Part shown: piece by piece, positions 1 through 10,062 of the stretch
Layout of the letters: every line of letters begins with the position of its first letter
Numbering within the stretch: the stretch's first letter is position 1
Source: an uncultured Candidatus Saccharibacteria bacterium
GTDB lineage: Bacteria; Patescibacteriota; UBA1384; 2-12-FULL-50-11; DASWYB01
NCBI GenBank assembly: GCA_964372935.1
Contig: CAYJRF010000003.1
Coordinates: forward strand, 3,903 to 67,902
Length of the DNA stretch: 64,000 nt
Direction of reading: 5' to 3'
Made by a program: the position numbers and the translations under genes
Notes under the pieces: model-generated
What the model saw: the letters and a program-made list of their open reading frames with translations, nothing else
Databases searched by the model: none
What the model was told of the DNA's origin: nothing

Positions 1-1
1 G

Positions 2-199
2 GCGATAGCAAAATACTGTCTGCTCGAGCCCCCGGCTCGCGACCTCATCGAGCGAGCGATTAACAAGCTCCAACTGTCGGCGCGCGGCTATCACAAAGTT
101 CTTAAAGTCGCCCGCACCATAGCCGATTTGACTGGAGAGGAGGCCATTTCGACCAATGCGGTGGCCGAAGCGCTTCAGTATCGTCCGATTTTAGACTGA
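2..199 (+). CDS. comM: 3' end of YifB/ComM-family Mg-chelatase-like AAA+ protein (partial, runs off window start)
   Basis: Frame 2 translates ...LSARGYHKVLKVARTIADLTGEEAISTNAVAEALQYRPILD*, which matches the conserved ComM C-terminus; stop TGA at 197-199. Confidence 0.6.
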   Translation, partial: AIAKYCLLEPPARDLIERAINKLQLSARGYHKVLKVARTIADLTGEEAISTNAVAEALQYRPILD

Positions 200-1129
200 T
201 TTACCCGCCGCGATTGCCCGACCGATTGCCCCAATAATCTCTTCCGAAGAGGCGTGGCGAGCCGACGTCATCCGTCGAAACCAGCCGCGTTGGCGGCGCA
301 TCAATTGACGAAAAGCGTGGATCATTCGCGGCTCCAGCTCATTTTTCGGCCATTGGCCGTCAAGCATGGCCAACACCAAACGATAAGACAAGCCAAGACC
401 GCCCAGCCACGATTTATTAATGCCGCTGTCGAGCAGTAGGCGAGTTTCGTCCACCAGCCCGGCGGCTAATCGTTCGCGGACCATGGCCGACGCAAAATCT
501 CGTTGAGTCTCCCAAGGATGATCCAAAATGTAAACAGCCGTGTTTGAAGTCAGGGGGCTATTAGTCGAAGCGTTGTCCGGTTCTATGGCAACTCGTTCCA
601 GAGCGCGTATGAGGCGTCTTTTGTTTCGCCAGTCCGTTGTTGCCATCCGCGCGCCACTGGCCTTGACCCGCCCTTGCAGTTGGGCGATGGTCAGATTATC
701 CCCTAACGCTCGCCATTCAACATCCGGTTTAACCGTGGGCTGATAACCTTCCGCCAGGGCTTGAAGGTAGAGCCCGGTGCCGCCAACAACTAAAGGCACC
801 TTATCACTCTGCCAACATGCAAGTATCAACCGACGAGCTTGGCTTAAATAATCCGCCAAAGAAAAGTTGCCATTGGGTTCGGCAATATCAATCAGAAACT
901 GCGGCACGCCGTCGGCAAACCAAACTGGCTCTGGCTGTCCGGTAAGAGTTGATTCAAAACCCGGGCAACCCACCTTGGCGGTTCCAACGTTGAGCAACCG
1001 ATATATTTGTCGCGAATCGGCCGACAGAATAGCCAGGCGCGGCTGAAGTTTGGCCAGCGTGAGAGCGAGCTTGGTTTTTCCACTACCCGTCGCCCCGCCC
1101 AAAAAAATAAGTGGTCGCGTGTTTGTCAT
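191..1129 (-). CDS. miaA: tRNA dimethylallyltransferase
   Basis: 312 aa; N-terminal P-loop LIFLGGATGSGKTKLAL and overall MiaA-like sequence; convergent 9-nt overlap with comM end. Confidence 0.88.
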   Translation of the reverse strand: MTNTRPLIFLGGATGSGKTKLALTLAKLQPRLAILSADSRQIYRLLNVGTAKVGCPGFESTLTGQPEPVWFADGVPQFLIDIAEPNGNFSLADYLSQARRLILACWQSDKVPLVVGGTGLYLQALAEGYQPTVKPDVEWRALGDNLTIAQLQGRVKASGARMATTDWRNKRRLIRALERVAIEPDNASTNSPLTSNTAVYILDHPWETQRDFASAMVRERLAAGLVDETRLLLDSGINKSWLGGLGLSYRLVLAMLDGQWPKNELEPRMIHAFRQLMRRQRGWFRRMTSARHASSEEIIGAIGRAIAAGKSV

Positions 1130-1218
1130 CTATACTATTATAGCATTCAGACGTTACCGCGAGGCAGAACTGGCTTATGGAAGCCGGAATTGACTGGTAT
1201 AATTCAAGAACCATCCTG

Positions 1219-1302
1219 GCCGAGGTGGCGGAACGGTAGACGCACTAGCCCTAGGAGCTAGCGGGGCAACCCGTGGAGGTTCGAATCCTCTCCTCGGCAC
1301 CA
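1219..1302 (+). tRNA. tRNA-Leu (type II, long variable arm; anticodon probably UAG)
   Basis: Acceptor gccgagg/cctcggc, discriminator A, CCA encoded; anticodon stem ctagc/gctag with loop cctagga; long variable arm; T-arm ggttcgaatcc. Position 33 reads C, so the anticodon call is tentative. Confidence 0.7.
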
Positions 1303-1463
1303 AAGAAACGATTGAAGAGAGATTGGAAAGAAATTCTCCGAGCGGTTTTCTTCGTTTCAACTTAGTTATTCTAGACATTTAAGCTAAGGTGATACTGGCA
1401 TCAAGTCCGCTTGTCGGGCTTAAGTAGTCCCTTTACAATAGAAATACACTGGAGGATGGCGAT

Positions 1464-2315
1464 ATGAATAGTCGAAACTTCAGGCGAATGCTGGAGAACC
1501 GATGGTCTCGTAACCGGTTTGTCTGTGTCGGACTCGACAGCGAGTTCGACAGGATTCCCGAATCCGTACGAAGGAGAATCAGTATCGCCGATATCATCGT
1601 CGCGTTCAATCGCGCAATCGTGGCAGCGACGGCGGACCTTGTGTGCGCCTACAAGCCGAACATTGCGTTTTACGAGGCGCACGGCGCGGCGGGCATTGCC
1701 GCACTTCAGCAGACCATCGCCGACATCCACGCCGTCGCGCCGGACGTTCCGGTGATTCTCGACGCCAAGCGCGCCGACATCGGTAACACCAACGCTGGCT
1801 ATGTGGATGCGGCGTTTGGCTTTCTGCGTGCGGACGCTATCACAGTGCATCCGTATCTCGGAGCCGAAGCGCTTCAGCCATTCCTCGCGCGAGAGGAGAA
1901 AGGCATCTTCGTACTCTGCCGCACGTCCAATCCGGGCGCGGGCGAGTTTCAAGGCTTGTCCGTAAACGGCGAGCCGCTCTATCGCCATGTCGCCCGTCGT
2001 GTGGCAAACGAGTGGAACAAGAACGGCAACTGCGCCCTCGTCGTCGGCGCAACGTATCCCGATGAACTCCGCAAAGTCCGCGAACTCGTCGGCGATATGC
2101 CGATTCTCATTCCAGGCATCGGGGCGCAGGGCGGCGATGTTGAGAAGACCGTTATCGCGGGTCAAGACAGGCACGGACGCGGCATGATTATCAACTCCTC
2201 GCGCGGCATCATCTTCGCCTCGAACGGCGCGGACTTTGCCCAAGCGGCTCGCCGCGAAACAGAGAAGCTCGGCGAGCTTATCAACCGGTACCGACAGAAT
2301 GAGACGAAGTCATGA
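1464..2315 (+). CDS. pyrF: orotidine 5'-phosphate decarboxylase (long type-2 form)
   Basis: 283 aa; N-terminus ...RFVCVGLDSE... typical of type-2 ODCase; overlaps pyrE by 4 nt. Confidence 0.8.
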   Translation: MNSRNFRRMLENRWSRNRFVCVGLDSEFDRIPESVRRRISIADIIVAFNRAIVAATADLVCAYKPNIAFYEAHGAAGIAALQQTIADIHAVAPDVPVILDAKRADIGNTNAGYVDAAFGFLRADAITVHPYLGAEALQPFLAREEKGIFVLCRTSNPGAGEFQGLSVNGEPLYRHVARRVANEWNKNGNCALVVGATYPDELRKVRELVGDMPILIPGIGAQGGDVEKTVIAGQDRHGRGMIINSSRGIIFASNGADFAQAARRETEKLGELINRYRQNETKS

Positions 2316-2947
2316 CCGAGCCAGAAGTTCAGCGAGTTCTCGGCCAAGTCGGCGCGGTCATTACCAACAGCCATTTCGTCTACACGTCCGGCAAGCACGG
2401 CCCGGGGTACGTTAACAAGGATGCGGTCAATCCGCACCCGGCGGTAATGTCCCGCCTCTGCCACGCAATCGCCGAGCGGTTTGCCGACGACAGCGCGGGG
2501 GTCGTCATCGCTCCGGCCATCGGCGGCGCGATCCTCGCCCAGTGGACGGCGTATCATCTCTCCGAGATGTTCGACCGCGAGGTGTTGGCAGTCTACGCCG
2601 AGAAGTCCGACGACGGAAACGCCTTCGTCATCAAGCGCGGCTACCACAAACTCGTCGCGGGCAAGAGAGTTCTGGTGGTGGATGACATTCTCACCACCGG
2701 CGGCTCGGCCAAAGGGGTGGTCGCGGCCGTACGATTATACAACGGTTATGTCGTTGGTCTCGGGGTTCTCTGCAATCGCGGAGGCATTGCGCCGCCGGAA
2801 GTGGGGGGCGTTCCGAAGCTCGAGGCTCTCGTCTCCCTCACGCTCGACGCCTGGGACGCGGCAGAGTGTCCGCTCTGCGCCCGAAACGTGCCAATCAACA
2901 CAGACGTCGGCCATGGACGCGAATTCCTCGCCCGTGGGGGAAGATAA
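2312..2947 (+). CDS. pyrE: orotate phosphoribosyltransferase
   Basis: 211 aa; PRPP-binding motif VLVVDDILTTGGS. Confidence 0.82.
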   Translation: MTEPEVQRVLGQVGAVITNSHFVYTSGKHGPGYVNKDAVNPHPAVMSRLCHAIAERFADDSAGVVIAPAIGGAILAQWTAYHLSEMFDREVLAVYAEKSDDGNAFVIKRGYHKLVAGKRVLVVDDILTTGGSAKGVVAAVRLYNGYVVGLGVLCNRGGIAPPEVGGVPKLEALVSLTLDAWDAAECPLCARNVPINTDVGHGREFLARGGR

Positions 2948-2980
2948 ATCTCCCACCGCACAGTCCCAACGATTAGAGTC

Positions 2981-3010
2981 GCCATCGCGGAGTGGCGGCT
3001 CATTTTTTTT
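2981..3010 (+). terminator. putative intrinsic terminator after pyrE
   Basis: Short GC hairpin gccat-cgcgga-gtggc followed by T8 tract (3003-3010). Confidence 0.45.
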
Positions 3011-3208
3011 CGGCAATTCGCCCTTCATCTAGCTCTGACAATTAGAGTGCGCCAGCTGACCAAAGACATAATTTACAACCTTTCACTTTGTCACCGCCGG
3101 CATGGTCCGCGAAAAATGCCTCCAACGAGACGCGCCCGATCACTCGCAAGATCCCGATGTCTGGTTTTGTTGGACTATTTTGGCTAAAATAAACTCGCGT
3201 TCCTCTTT

Positions 3209-3284
3209 GGAACCGTAGCTCAGTTGGCAGAGCGCTTCATTCACACTGAAGAGGCCAGAGGTTCAAGTCCTCTCGGTTCCACCA
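3209..3284 (+). tRNA. tRNA-Val (anticodon CAC)
   Basis: Acceptor ggaaccg/cggttcc + A + CCA; anticodon stem cttca/tgaag, loop ttcacac; T-arm ggttcaagtcc. Confidence 0.85.
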
Positions 3285-3293
3285 ATAATTGAA

Positions 3294-3722
3294 TTATATC
3301 GTTACCAGCGGACGCAGTTTGGCGAGGGTTTTGGCGCCGATGCCGTTCACTTTTGTCAGTTCGTCAACCGATTTAAACTGTTTGCCCGCGCGATAGTCCA
3401 TAATCGCTTGGGCTTTGGTCGGGCCGATTGATGGAAGAGATTCCAGTTCGCTTTGGCTCGCCGTGTTAAGGTTGATTTTTTGGGTTATCGGCGCCGCTAC
3501 GGCAGACGCTTGAACAGCCGGTGATCCGGCTGCGGACGACTTTTGCGCCTCGTCCGCAGAGACTGCCGACGGCGAGCTTGTCGAGGCCACGCCTTGAGAA
3601 GCGGTTACGCGCCGGTCAACGTAGTAAAAAACGGCGTCGCTCACCCCAAAAGCGATTAACCCGATCCCCAGAACTTGCCGCCAAGACGAGCGGAGAAACT
3701 TTTGCCACAACATATTCACCAA
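3294..3722 (-). CDS. comEA: competence protein ComEA (helix-hairpin-helix DNA-binding)
   Basis: N-terminal TM helix, then C-terminal LNTASQSELESLPSIGPTKAQAIMDYR...NGIGAKTLAKL HhH motifs. Confidence 0.78.
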   Translation of the reverse strand: MVNMLWQKFLRSSWRQVLGIGLIAFGVSDAVFYYVDRRVTASQGVASTSSPSAVSADEAQKSSAAGSPAVQASAVAAPITQKINLNTASQSELESLPSIGPTKAQAIMDYRAGKQFKSVDELTKVNGIGAKTLAKLRPLVTI

Positions 3723-3752
3723 GAATATATCATGAGTCGGGTGGATCGCAAG

Positions 3753-5801
3753 TTATTCCGGATGACTGGAACGCCAGAATCTTTCACACGCTTGCCGAAA
3801 TTCCGGCAAATCAATCAGTTCCCCCGCCACCTTTTGGGCAATTTCGACTTGACGCACATCCCGCAGGTCGGCAAACCGAAGTCGCGGCAAGCCAGACTGG
3901 GATTCGCCCGCCAGCTCCCCCGGCCCGCGCGTGTCAAGGTCCTGCTGGGCCAACGCAAAGCCGTCATCGGTGGCTTCCAGCAACTTGAGACGAGCGTGAT
4001 CTCTTTGACTGTCGACGGTGGGAAAGAGCAAACAATAACTCTGACAGTCGCTCCGCCCAACCCGCCCGCGCAATTGATGAAGCTGGGCCAAGCCGAAGCG
4101 TTCGGCATTTTCGACCACCATGATGGTCGCGCCGGGGACATCCACCCCAACTTCGACCACGGTGGTGCTCACCAAGATGTCAATTTCTCTTCGGCGGAAC
4201 GCATCCATGGTGGTTTTTTTTTCATTCGAAGCCATTTTACCGTGAAGCATTGCCACCCGACGGCGCGGGAAGACCGATTGGATAGTTTTATGCCAAGTGG
4301 TAACCGCCTTAGTTTCTTCTATCGTTTGAAACAGCGACCCAAAAACGATCCCTTCATCCAATTCCACCGGCTCGACTGCCGGACAAATAACATACACTTG
4401 TCTTCCGCGCGACACATGAGTATCGATAAAGGCGTAAGCCCGAGAGCGATTTTTTTCCGCCACAACCCGTGTAATTATTGGTTTACGACCGAGTGGCTTA
4501 GTGCGAATAACGGAAATATCCAAATTGCCGTAGAGCGCCAAGGCCAGCGTGCGGGGAATTGGAGTGGCGGTCATACTCAAAAGATGGACGGCGCCGCGCT
4601 GGCGCAGTCGCCCTCGTTGATTGACGCCGAAGCGGTGTTGCTCGTCTATAATCAGCAAGCCAAGCGGTGGGAGATCGAGGGAGTCGGCGAGTAGCGCGTG
4701 GGTGCCGATTATTAGGGCCATTGCCGCGAGCTGACCGGACGAGGCTTTTTTTATCCCGTGGTCGTTAATCACCCGCTGCGTCCGCGTCCACAAGCCAATC
4801 GGCCGATCTAAAATCGTCTTTCCAAGCAGTTTTGAAGCCGTGAGGAAATGCTGCCGCGCCAGAAGCTCGGTTGGCGCCAGCCAAACAACCGCCTTGCCAG
4901 CCGTCATGGTCTGAATGGCCGCCGCGAGAGCCACGACTGTCTTGCCGCTCCCGACATCGCCCTGAATCAAGCGATTCATCGGTTGGGGTCGGGCCAGATC
5001 GTGGTTAATCGCTTCAATCGTTCGCTCTTGATCGTCGGTTAAAATAAACGGCAGCGACGCGCGCCAAGACGCCAGGGCTGCGGGATTCGGCGGCAGGCGG
5101 TCTATCGTCGTTTTGTCCCACGTGCGACGATTAATCAGGGAAGGGGCCAAGAGGAGGAGGATTTCATCAAACCCCCATCGCCGCCGAGCCGTCTCAACCG
5201 CCGCAAGATTTTCGGGAAAGTGGAGATTATTCAGAGCTTGAGTAAGACTGCACAATTGGTGATCAACCAAAATATTCGGCGGCAGAAAGTCAGACATCTC
5301 GGCTATCAGCGGTTGAAGTTGGCCCATGAGAGCGCGGATTCGCCCGGTGGTTACGCCACCGATCGCCGGATAAACGGGCAGTATGGCCGGTTTGGCCAGT
5401 AGTGAAGGCGCCATCATGACCCGTTCGCCCGCGCCCAGTCGGCGGCAACGGCCGTAAAGCAACAGTGTCGCGCCGACATAAATTCGGTTGGCCAGAAATC
5501 GCGGATGGAACCACATGGCGCCGATAGTATCGGTCTCGTCGCCAATTGTCGCCCGCAAGTATGGCGTGCCGGAGCGCTGGCTTCGTCCGAGCTGAACTGT
5601 TAAGACTTTGACCCGGACCACGCCGATGACGTCCGGTCGCAACCGAGCCAACGGCACGACCGTGGTGGCGTCAAGCCAGCCGCGCGGCAAGAAGTAGCTC
5701 AAATCTTCCAGAGTGAAGACGAGGCGCGATTCAAAGACACGAGCCGTCTTCTCTCCCATGCCCCTAAGCACGCGAATGGAATCGGCCAGGCGCCACGTCA
5801 T
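3753..5801 (-). CDS. recG: ATP-dependent DNA helicase RecG
   Basis: 682 aa; wedge domain plus helicase motifs (GDVGSGKT, DEQHRFG, QLHQLRGRVGR). Confidence 0.9.
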   Translation of the reverse strand: MTWRLADSIRVLRGMGEKTARVFESRLVFTLEDLSYFLPRGWLDATTVVPLARLRPDVIGVVRVKVLTVQLGRSQRSGTPYLRATIGDETDTIGAMWFHPRFLANRIYVGATLLLYGRCRRLGAGERVMMAPSLLAKPAILPVYPAIGGVTTGRIRALMGQLQPLIAEMSDFLPPNILVDHQLCSLTQALNNLHFPENLAAVETARRRWGFDEILLLLAPSLINRRTWDKTTIDRLPPNPAALASWRASLPFILTDDQERTIEAINHDLARPQPMNRLIQGDVGSGKTVVALAAAIQTMTAGKAVVWLAPTELLARQHFLTASKLLGKTILDRPIGLWTRTQRVINDHGIKKASSGQLAAMALIIGTHALLADSLDLPPLGLLIIDEQHRFGVNQRGRLRQRGAVHLLSMTATPIPRTLALALYGNLDISVIRTKPLGRKPIITRVVAEKNRSRAYAFIDTHVSRGRQVYVICPAVEPVELDEGIVFGSLFQTIEETKAVTTWHKTIQSVFPRRRVAMLHGKMASNEKKTTMDAFRRREIDILVSTTVVEVGVDVPGATIMVVENAERFGLAQLHQLRGRVGRSDCQSYCLLFPTVDSQRDHARLKLLEATDDGFALAQQDLDTRGPGELAGESQSGLPRLRFADLRDVRQVEIAQKVAGELIDLPEFRQACERFWRSSHPE

Positions 5802-5806
5802 CTCAA

Positions 5807-6400
5807 CTATTCGCCCAAATGGCGCAACAACCAGGCTAAACGATCTTCCGGGCTCGTAAGAGTGCCGGGGATTTTCGGCAAAACGTCCGCGATTTCGGCG
5901 TTAGTGTAACCAAGCGACTGCAAGGCGACTACCACGTCTTGATCGCCGGGGACATCAACGGGCGTTGGCGCGGCAGTCCGATCACGCAGTTCCACCACGA
6001 TTTTATCGGCCAGCTTCTTGCCCACGCCGGTAACGAGACTTAGTTTATTGACATCACCAAAATTAATAATGGCGCGCAAGTCTGGCGAGGCGTAAAAGCC
6101 GATAATCGCCAATGCCAGCTTTGGCCCCACCCCGGAAACGCGGCGCAACAACTCAAAAATCTCCAGCGTTTCCAGCTCCAGAAAACCGAATAATTCGTAG
6201 GCGTCCTCTCTAATGGCTTCGCTGACGTACAGTTGGCAATCCTCGCCCGAGCGCATCGAGGCCAAGATGTTTAGCGGCACGCGCAGGCCGTATCCAACTC
6301 CCGCCACTTCCAAAACCACCTGCTGGCGGATTTTTGCCCGGATGCGACCGCGTAAATAGCGAATCATAGTTGCTGTCCCATTCAAACAGGCGCCACCCAA
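5807..6400 (-). CDS. ruvA: Holliday junction helicase subunit RuvA
   Basis: 197 aa; IRYLRG... N-terminus and HhH region LLRVSGVGPKLALAI. Confidence 0.85.
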   Translation of the reverse strand: MGGACLNGTATMIRYLRGRIRAKIRQQVVLEVAGVGYGLRVPLNILASMRSGEDCQLYVSEAIREDAYELFGFLELETLEIFELLRRVSGVGPKLALAIIGFYASPDLRAIINFGDVNKLSLVTGVGKKLADKIVVELRDRTAAPTPVDVPGDQDVVVALQSLGYTNAEIADVLPKIPGTLTSPEDRLAWLLRHLGE

Positions 6401-6404
6401 CCTG

Positions 6405-6899
6405 TCAATTAATTTCCGTTGAGCGGGCCGCGGCTAGTCGCGCGGCGGTCAAGTGATAGCCGGTGATCGCGATGGCGATAGCATCGATGGCGTCGTCGAA
6501 CCCGCCGATTTTCGTCACCCCGAGCTGTTTTTCCACCATGAATTTGATCTGAATCTTATCGGCGCGCCCATAGCCAGCCACGGCCATCTTAACCTGGAGC
6601 GGTGTGCAGGGCTGGATGTCGAGATGATGTCTGGCGCCACACAAAATCACCACGCCGCGAGCTTCGCTCACCTGCATCGCTGTCGTAATGTTGCGGTTAA
6701 ATATCAGGGTTTCAACTGCCACGACGTTGGGACGGTGGCGGGTTATTAACCCGGTAACCCCAGCCTCCAATTCCACGTAACGCTCGGGTAACGGCATGGC
6801 GCTGGGAAAGTTAAAACTCCCGCAGATCTCGAGGAGCGGCGTTGGCCCGAACGCAACCACGGCGTAGCCGCACCGTCCAGTGCCCGGATCAATCCCCAA
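6405..6899 (-). CDS. ruvC: crossover junction endodeoxyribonuclease RuvC
   Basis: 164 aa; N-terminal ILGIDPGTGRCGYAVV RNase-H-like fold signature. Confidence 0.85.
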   Translation of the reverse strand: MGIDPGTGRCGYAVVAFGPTPLLEICGSFNFPSAMPLPERYVELEAGVTGLITRHRPNVVAVETLIFNRNITTAMQVSEARGVVILCGARHHLDIQPCTPLQVKMAVAGYGRADKIQIKFMVEKQLGVTKIGGFDDAIDAIAIAITGYHLTAARLAAARSTEIN

Positions 6900-6929
6900 A
6901 ACGGTGATTTTCCCTCCCCGTCCGCCCGG

Positions 6930-7658
6930 CTAACATGGCGGGCTAAAATCAAAATTGGTATAGACGTTCACCACGTCGTCCAAATCCTCGAGTTGTTGGA
7001 CAAGGGAGCTAAAAGATCGCGCCTCGGTGGCGTCAAGCGACACGGCGACGCGCGGTTCCATGGTCAAATCCAGGTCGGTCACCGTCAAGCCCGCGGCCGT
7101 TAATGTCCGGGCCACCGCCGCCAGTTCCTTTGGTTCGGTTAAGACGGTCATGACGCCGTCGGGATTAACGACATAATCCGCCGCGCCACTGTCCAGAATC
7201 GCCAGTTCCGTCGCTTCCGGCGTTGGACCGAGTGCTGTCATCACGCCGCGTTGGGTGAAAAGATGGCTCACCGCACCCGGTTCGGCCAGTTTGGCGTTCG
7301 CCCGATTAAGAACGGATTTGATCGCGGCTAAGGCGCGAAGGCGGTTGTCGGTGGTTACGTCTATAAGGAGAGCGGCGCCAGCCGGCCCGTAAGCTTCGTA
7401 GCGAAGCGATTCAAGAGTAGCGCCCGCCAGCTCGCCCGTGCCACGCCCAATCGCCCGATCAACATTGTCTTTCGGCATGTTGGCGGCTTTGGCTTGTTCG
7501 ATGGCCAAGCGCAATCGAAAATTGGTCGCCGGATCGCCGCCGCCGTCTCGAGCCGCCACCGTAACCGCGTTACTCAATTTAGTAAACACCGCGCTCCGCT
7601 TGGCGTCCGTTACCCCCTTTTGTCGTTTAATTTGGGCCCACTTGCTGTGTCCGGACAT
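6930..7658 (-). CDS. YebC/PmpR-family transcriptional regulator
   Basis: 242 aa; MSGHSKWAQIKRQKG N-terminus diagnostic of YebC family. Confidence 0.85.
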   Translation of the reverse strand: MSGHSKWAQIKRQKGVTDAKRSAVFTKLSNAVTVAARDGGGDPATNFRLRLAIEQAKAANMPKDNVDRAIGRGTGELAGATLESLRYEAYGPAGAALLIDVTTDNRLRALAAIKSVLNRANAKLAEPGAVSHLFTQRGVMTALGPTPEATELAILDSGAADYVVNPDGVMTVLTEPKELAAVARTLTAAGLTVTDLDLTMEPRVAVSLDATEARSFSSLVQQLEDLDDVVNVYTNFDFSPPC

Positions 7659-7706
7659 GGCACAGTCATTCTACTACAATGTCGACCACGAGAGTAACCG
7701 CCAAGG

Positions 7707-8621
7707 TTATCGCCGAGCCGAGGAAGGGCGCTCCGCCGTAACTGTCAGTCGGTCGCCTTGAACCGTGGCGGTAACAGTGCCGTTTTGATCGGTGCGATAG
7801 GTCGTAATCCCGCCCTCGGCCAACTTGGCCACCGCGCTAGGGGCGGGATGGCCGTACCGGTTGCCGGCGCCAACTTCGATCACGGCATATTTAGGATTGA
7901 CGGCCTGTAGAAAATTAACGGCCAAGCCGGTTTTGGATCCGTGATGGGGCACTTTCAGGACATCGGCCTGAAGTGGCAGGCCGGCGTTAAGAATAGCTTG
8001 TTCCTGACCCTCGTCGAGATCGCCAGTCAAAAGAAAACAGTAGGTTAAGTAGCACGCCCGCACGACGATCGTGGCGTCGTGCTGATCGTCGGGCCGCGCT
8101 CCGACCATGGATTGAGTCGGATGAAGCACCGTCAGTGATACTTCGTCAATGACAACGCTATCGCCCTGCTTGACAATTTTCGTCGGTATTCCGAGCGTGT
8201 TAATGTTACCGAGCAACTTGAGGTACTCGTTGGTGGTATGGATCGCCCCGGACAGCCACATTTGGCGCACGGTGTAGCGCTCCATGACAGCGTTTAGGCC
8301 AGTAATATGATCGGCGTGGTTATGAGTCGCGATTACCAAGGCAAAGTCGTGGGCAAAAAATGGCATAGCCGCGCCGAGACGGGTCAGAATGGCGCTGTCG
8401 GGACCGCCGTCAATCAGGATCCGTTCTCGGTGAGGCGTGGTGATCAAAATTGCGTCGCCTTGGCCAACGTCCAAAAAACGAACCGTCACTTTCGGGACTT
8501 GGTCGCTGGCTTGAGGGATTAGACCAGCCGAGACGACGACAATCGCCGCCAACGCCAGCAATCCCAAACCGAATTTAATCAATCGGGACACGCCGCCTCC
8601 AATCGGTATAGAGCCAGACAA
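7707..8621 (-). CDS. comEC: ComEC C-terminal module: one TM helix plus metallo-beta-lactamase domain
   Basis: 304 aa; N-terminal TM (FGLGLLALAAIVVVSAGLI) then MBL motifs FLDVGQGDA, HNHADH, HHGS; overlaps the upstream comEC membrane ORF by 47 nt in another frame. Confidence 0.72.
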   Translation of the reverse strand: MSGSIPIGGGVSRLIKFGLGLLALAAIVVVSAGLIPQASDQVPKVTVRFLDVGQGDAILITTPHRERILIDGGPDSAILTRLGAAMPFFAHDFALVIATHNHADHITGLNAVMERYTVRQMWLSGAIHTTNEYLKLLGNINTLGIPTKIVKQGDSVVIDEVSLTVLHPTQSMVGARPDDQHDATIVVRACYLTYCFLLTGDLDEGQEQAILNAGLPLQADVLKVPHHGSKTGLAVNFLQAVNPKYAVIEVGAGNRYGHPAPSAVAKLAEGGITTYRTDQNGTVTATVQGDRLTVTAERPSSARR

Positions 8622-10062
8622 GAATCACCCCATACGCCCCCAACATAATCGACAGGGGAAACTTTCCCAGGGTTAAGGCCGCGAACGGCAAATCGCTCGC
8701 CCATTGAATTGGTTTGACCATGGCAACAAGCACCGGATAAGCCAACCACGACACCAGTCGACCCAACGTTACGGAAATTATCGCCGCAACCGCCAGCATG
8801 GCGCTTAGTCCCATTGCCAGAGGAGCCAGCGCCAGAACGGCGGCGTTGACCGGCAATGACACGACGGAAAAGATTCCGAACTGACGAAGCAGGAGCGGCA
8901 AAACCATTATCTCGGCCGCCAGGGTTTCGCCCAATGACGGTCCAATCACTAACAGGCGCTTCGCCCAAGGCTCTAAGAGGGGTTGGACAAAAACAATTCC
9001 GGCAAATGCCAAAAAAGACAGTTGCCAACCCAAATTGTACATCAGCCCCAAGGGAGTGACCGCCGCCAAAATTGCCGCTCCCACCAAAAGGAGTGGCAGG
9101 CGGTGAGTCAGTCGGCCCGAAGCCACCGCCAAGAGCGACAGAGCCGCCACGATCGCCGCCCGCAGAATTGACGGGCTGGCGCCAGCCAAAAGAATGTAGC
9201 CAGCCAAACTGCCCACCGCGCCCCATAGACCGATCTGCGGCGAAAATCGGCTCCCCAGGCGTCGCACCAGCAACGCCACAATCGTCAGATTATAACCCGA
9301 CACCGCCACGAGATGGGTTGTGCCCGTGCGTTGGAGGTCTTGCTTAAAATCAGCATCGAATTCATCATGAGCCCCAGTTAACAAACCAACCGCTAGACTG
9401 GCGTAGGGCTCGGGCAGACTGGCGCCGATACCGCGTTGCACCTTGGCTCGCACGGCGTCGAGCCCCATCGGACCGCTTAGCCAAGACACGTCGCCGACTT
9501 CGGTGGCCGTGCCCAGAATATTATAGCCCGCGTTCGCCCGCCGAATATTGGGCTGAACCACCATTTTGATCAACACTCGACTGCCCGGAGCGAATCCCCA
9601 GTCGTAGGTTAGGAGACGGACATCGGCTCCGCGGTGCGGCCCAGCGAGTAACCTTAAAATGACCCGCTCACGGGGCGCCTGGCTAAAACGCACCGACTCG
9701 ACACGCGTTGGTCCGGCGTAGTCAAGATCGGCCGGCAGGGTCAACTCGGCGGCGGCGCCAGCCGCCAGGATTAAACCGGCCAGCCCCGCTATCGCCGCCC
9801 CCAGAATCAATCCCGAAAGACGTTTAACGATTAACGCTAGACCCAGAGCGGCCATCGCTCCGCCCCACCAGTAATGTCCCACCGGTTGGGAGATAAGCGA
9901 ACCGCCGGCAATGCCAACCAAAAACGACGCGCTCCACACAATTAACCGAAAGCGTTTCGGAAAATGTCGGGACTCGACCATACCCAGACCATACCACTGC
10001 AATTGGCGGAAAAAAACTTTCGCCTTGCTTCGCTGACGTTTTTCCGGTATAACATAGGCCAT
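8575..10062 (-). CDS. comEC: ComEC/Rec2 N-terminal polytopic membrane (competence) domain
   Basis: 495 aa; many TM helices; competence-domain motif TGTTHLVAVSGYNLTIV. Confidence 0.72.
   Translation of the reverse strand: MAYVIPEKRQRSKAKVFFRQLQWYGLGMVESRHFPKRFRLIVWSASFLVGIAGGSLISQPVGHYWWGGAMAALGLALIVKRLSGLILGAAIAGLAGLILAAGAAAELTLPADLDYAGPTRVESVRFSQAPRERVILRLLAGPHRGADVRLLTYDWGFAPGSRVLIKMVVQPNIRRANAGYNILGTATEVGDVSWLSGPMGLDAVRAKVQRGIGASLPEPYASLAVGLLTGAHDEFDADFKQDLQRTGTTHLVAVSGYNLTIVALLVRRLGSRFSPQIGLWGAVGSLAGYILLAGASPSILRAAIVAALSLLAVASGRLTHRLPLLLVGAAILAAVTPLGLMYNLGWQLSFLAFAGIVFVQPLLEPWAKRLLVIGPSLGETLAAEIMVLPLLLRQFGIFSVVSLPVNAAVLALAPLAMGLSAMLAVAAIISVTLGRLVSWLAYPVLVAMVKPIQWASDLPFAALTLGKFPLSIMLGAYGVILVWLYTDWRRRVPID

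Noticed and set aside
1401-2243. 280-aa minus-strand ORF
   Set aside because: Antisense to pyrF, which has clear ODCase signatures; judged spurious.
3675-4694. 339-aa ORF on the plus strand
   Set aside because: Lies entirely antisense within recG, whose protein is unmistakable; GC-rich antisense frames are commonly open; no motif.
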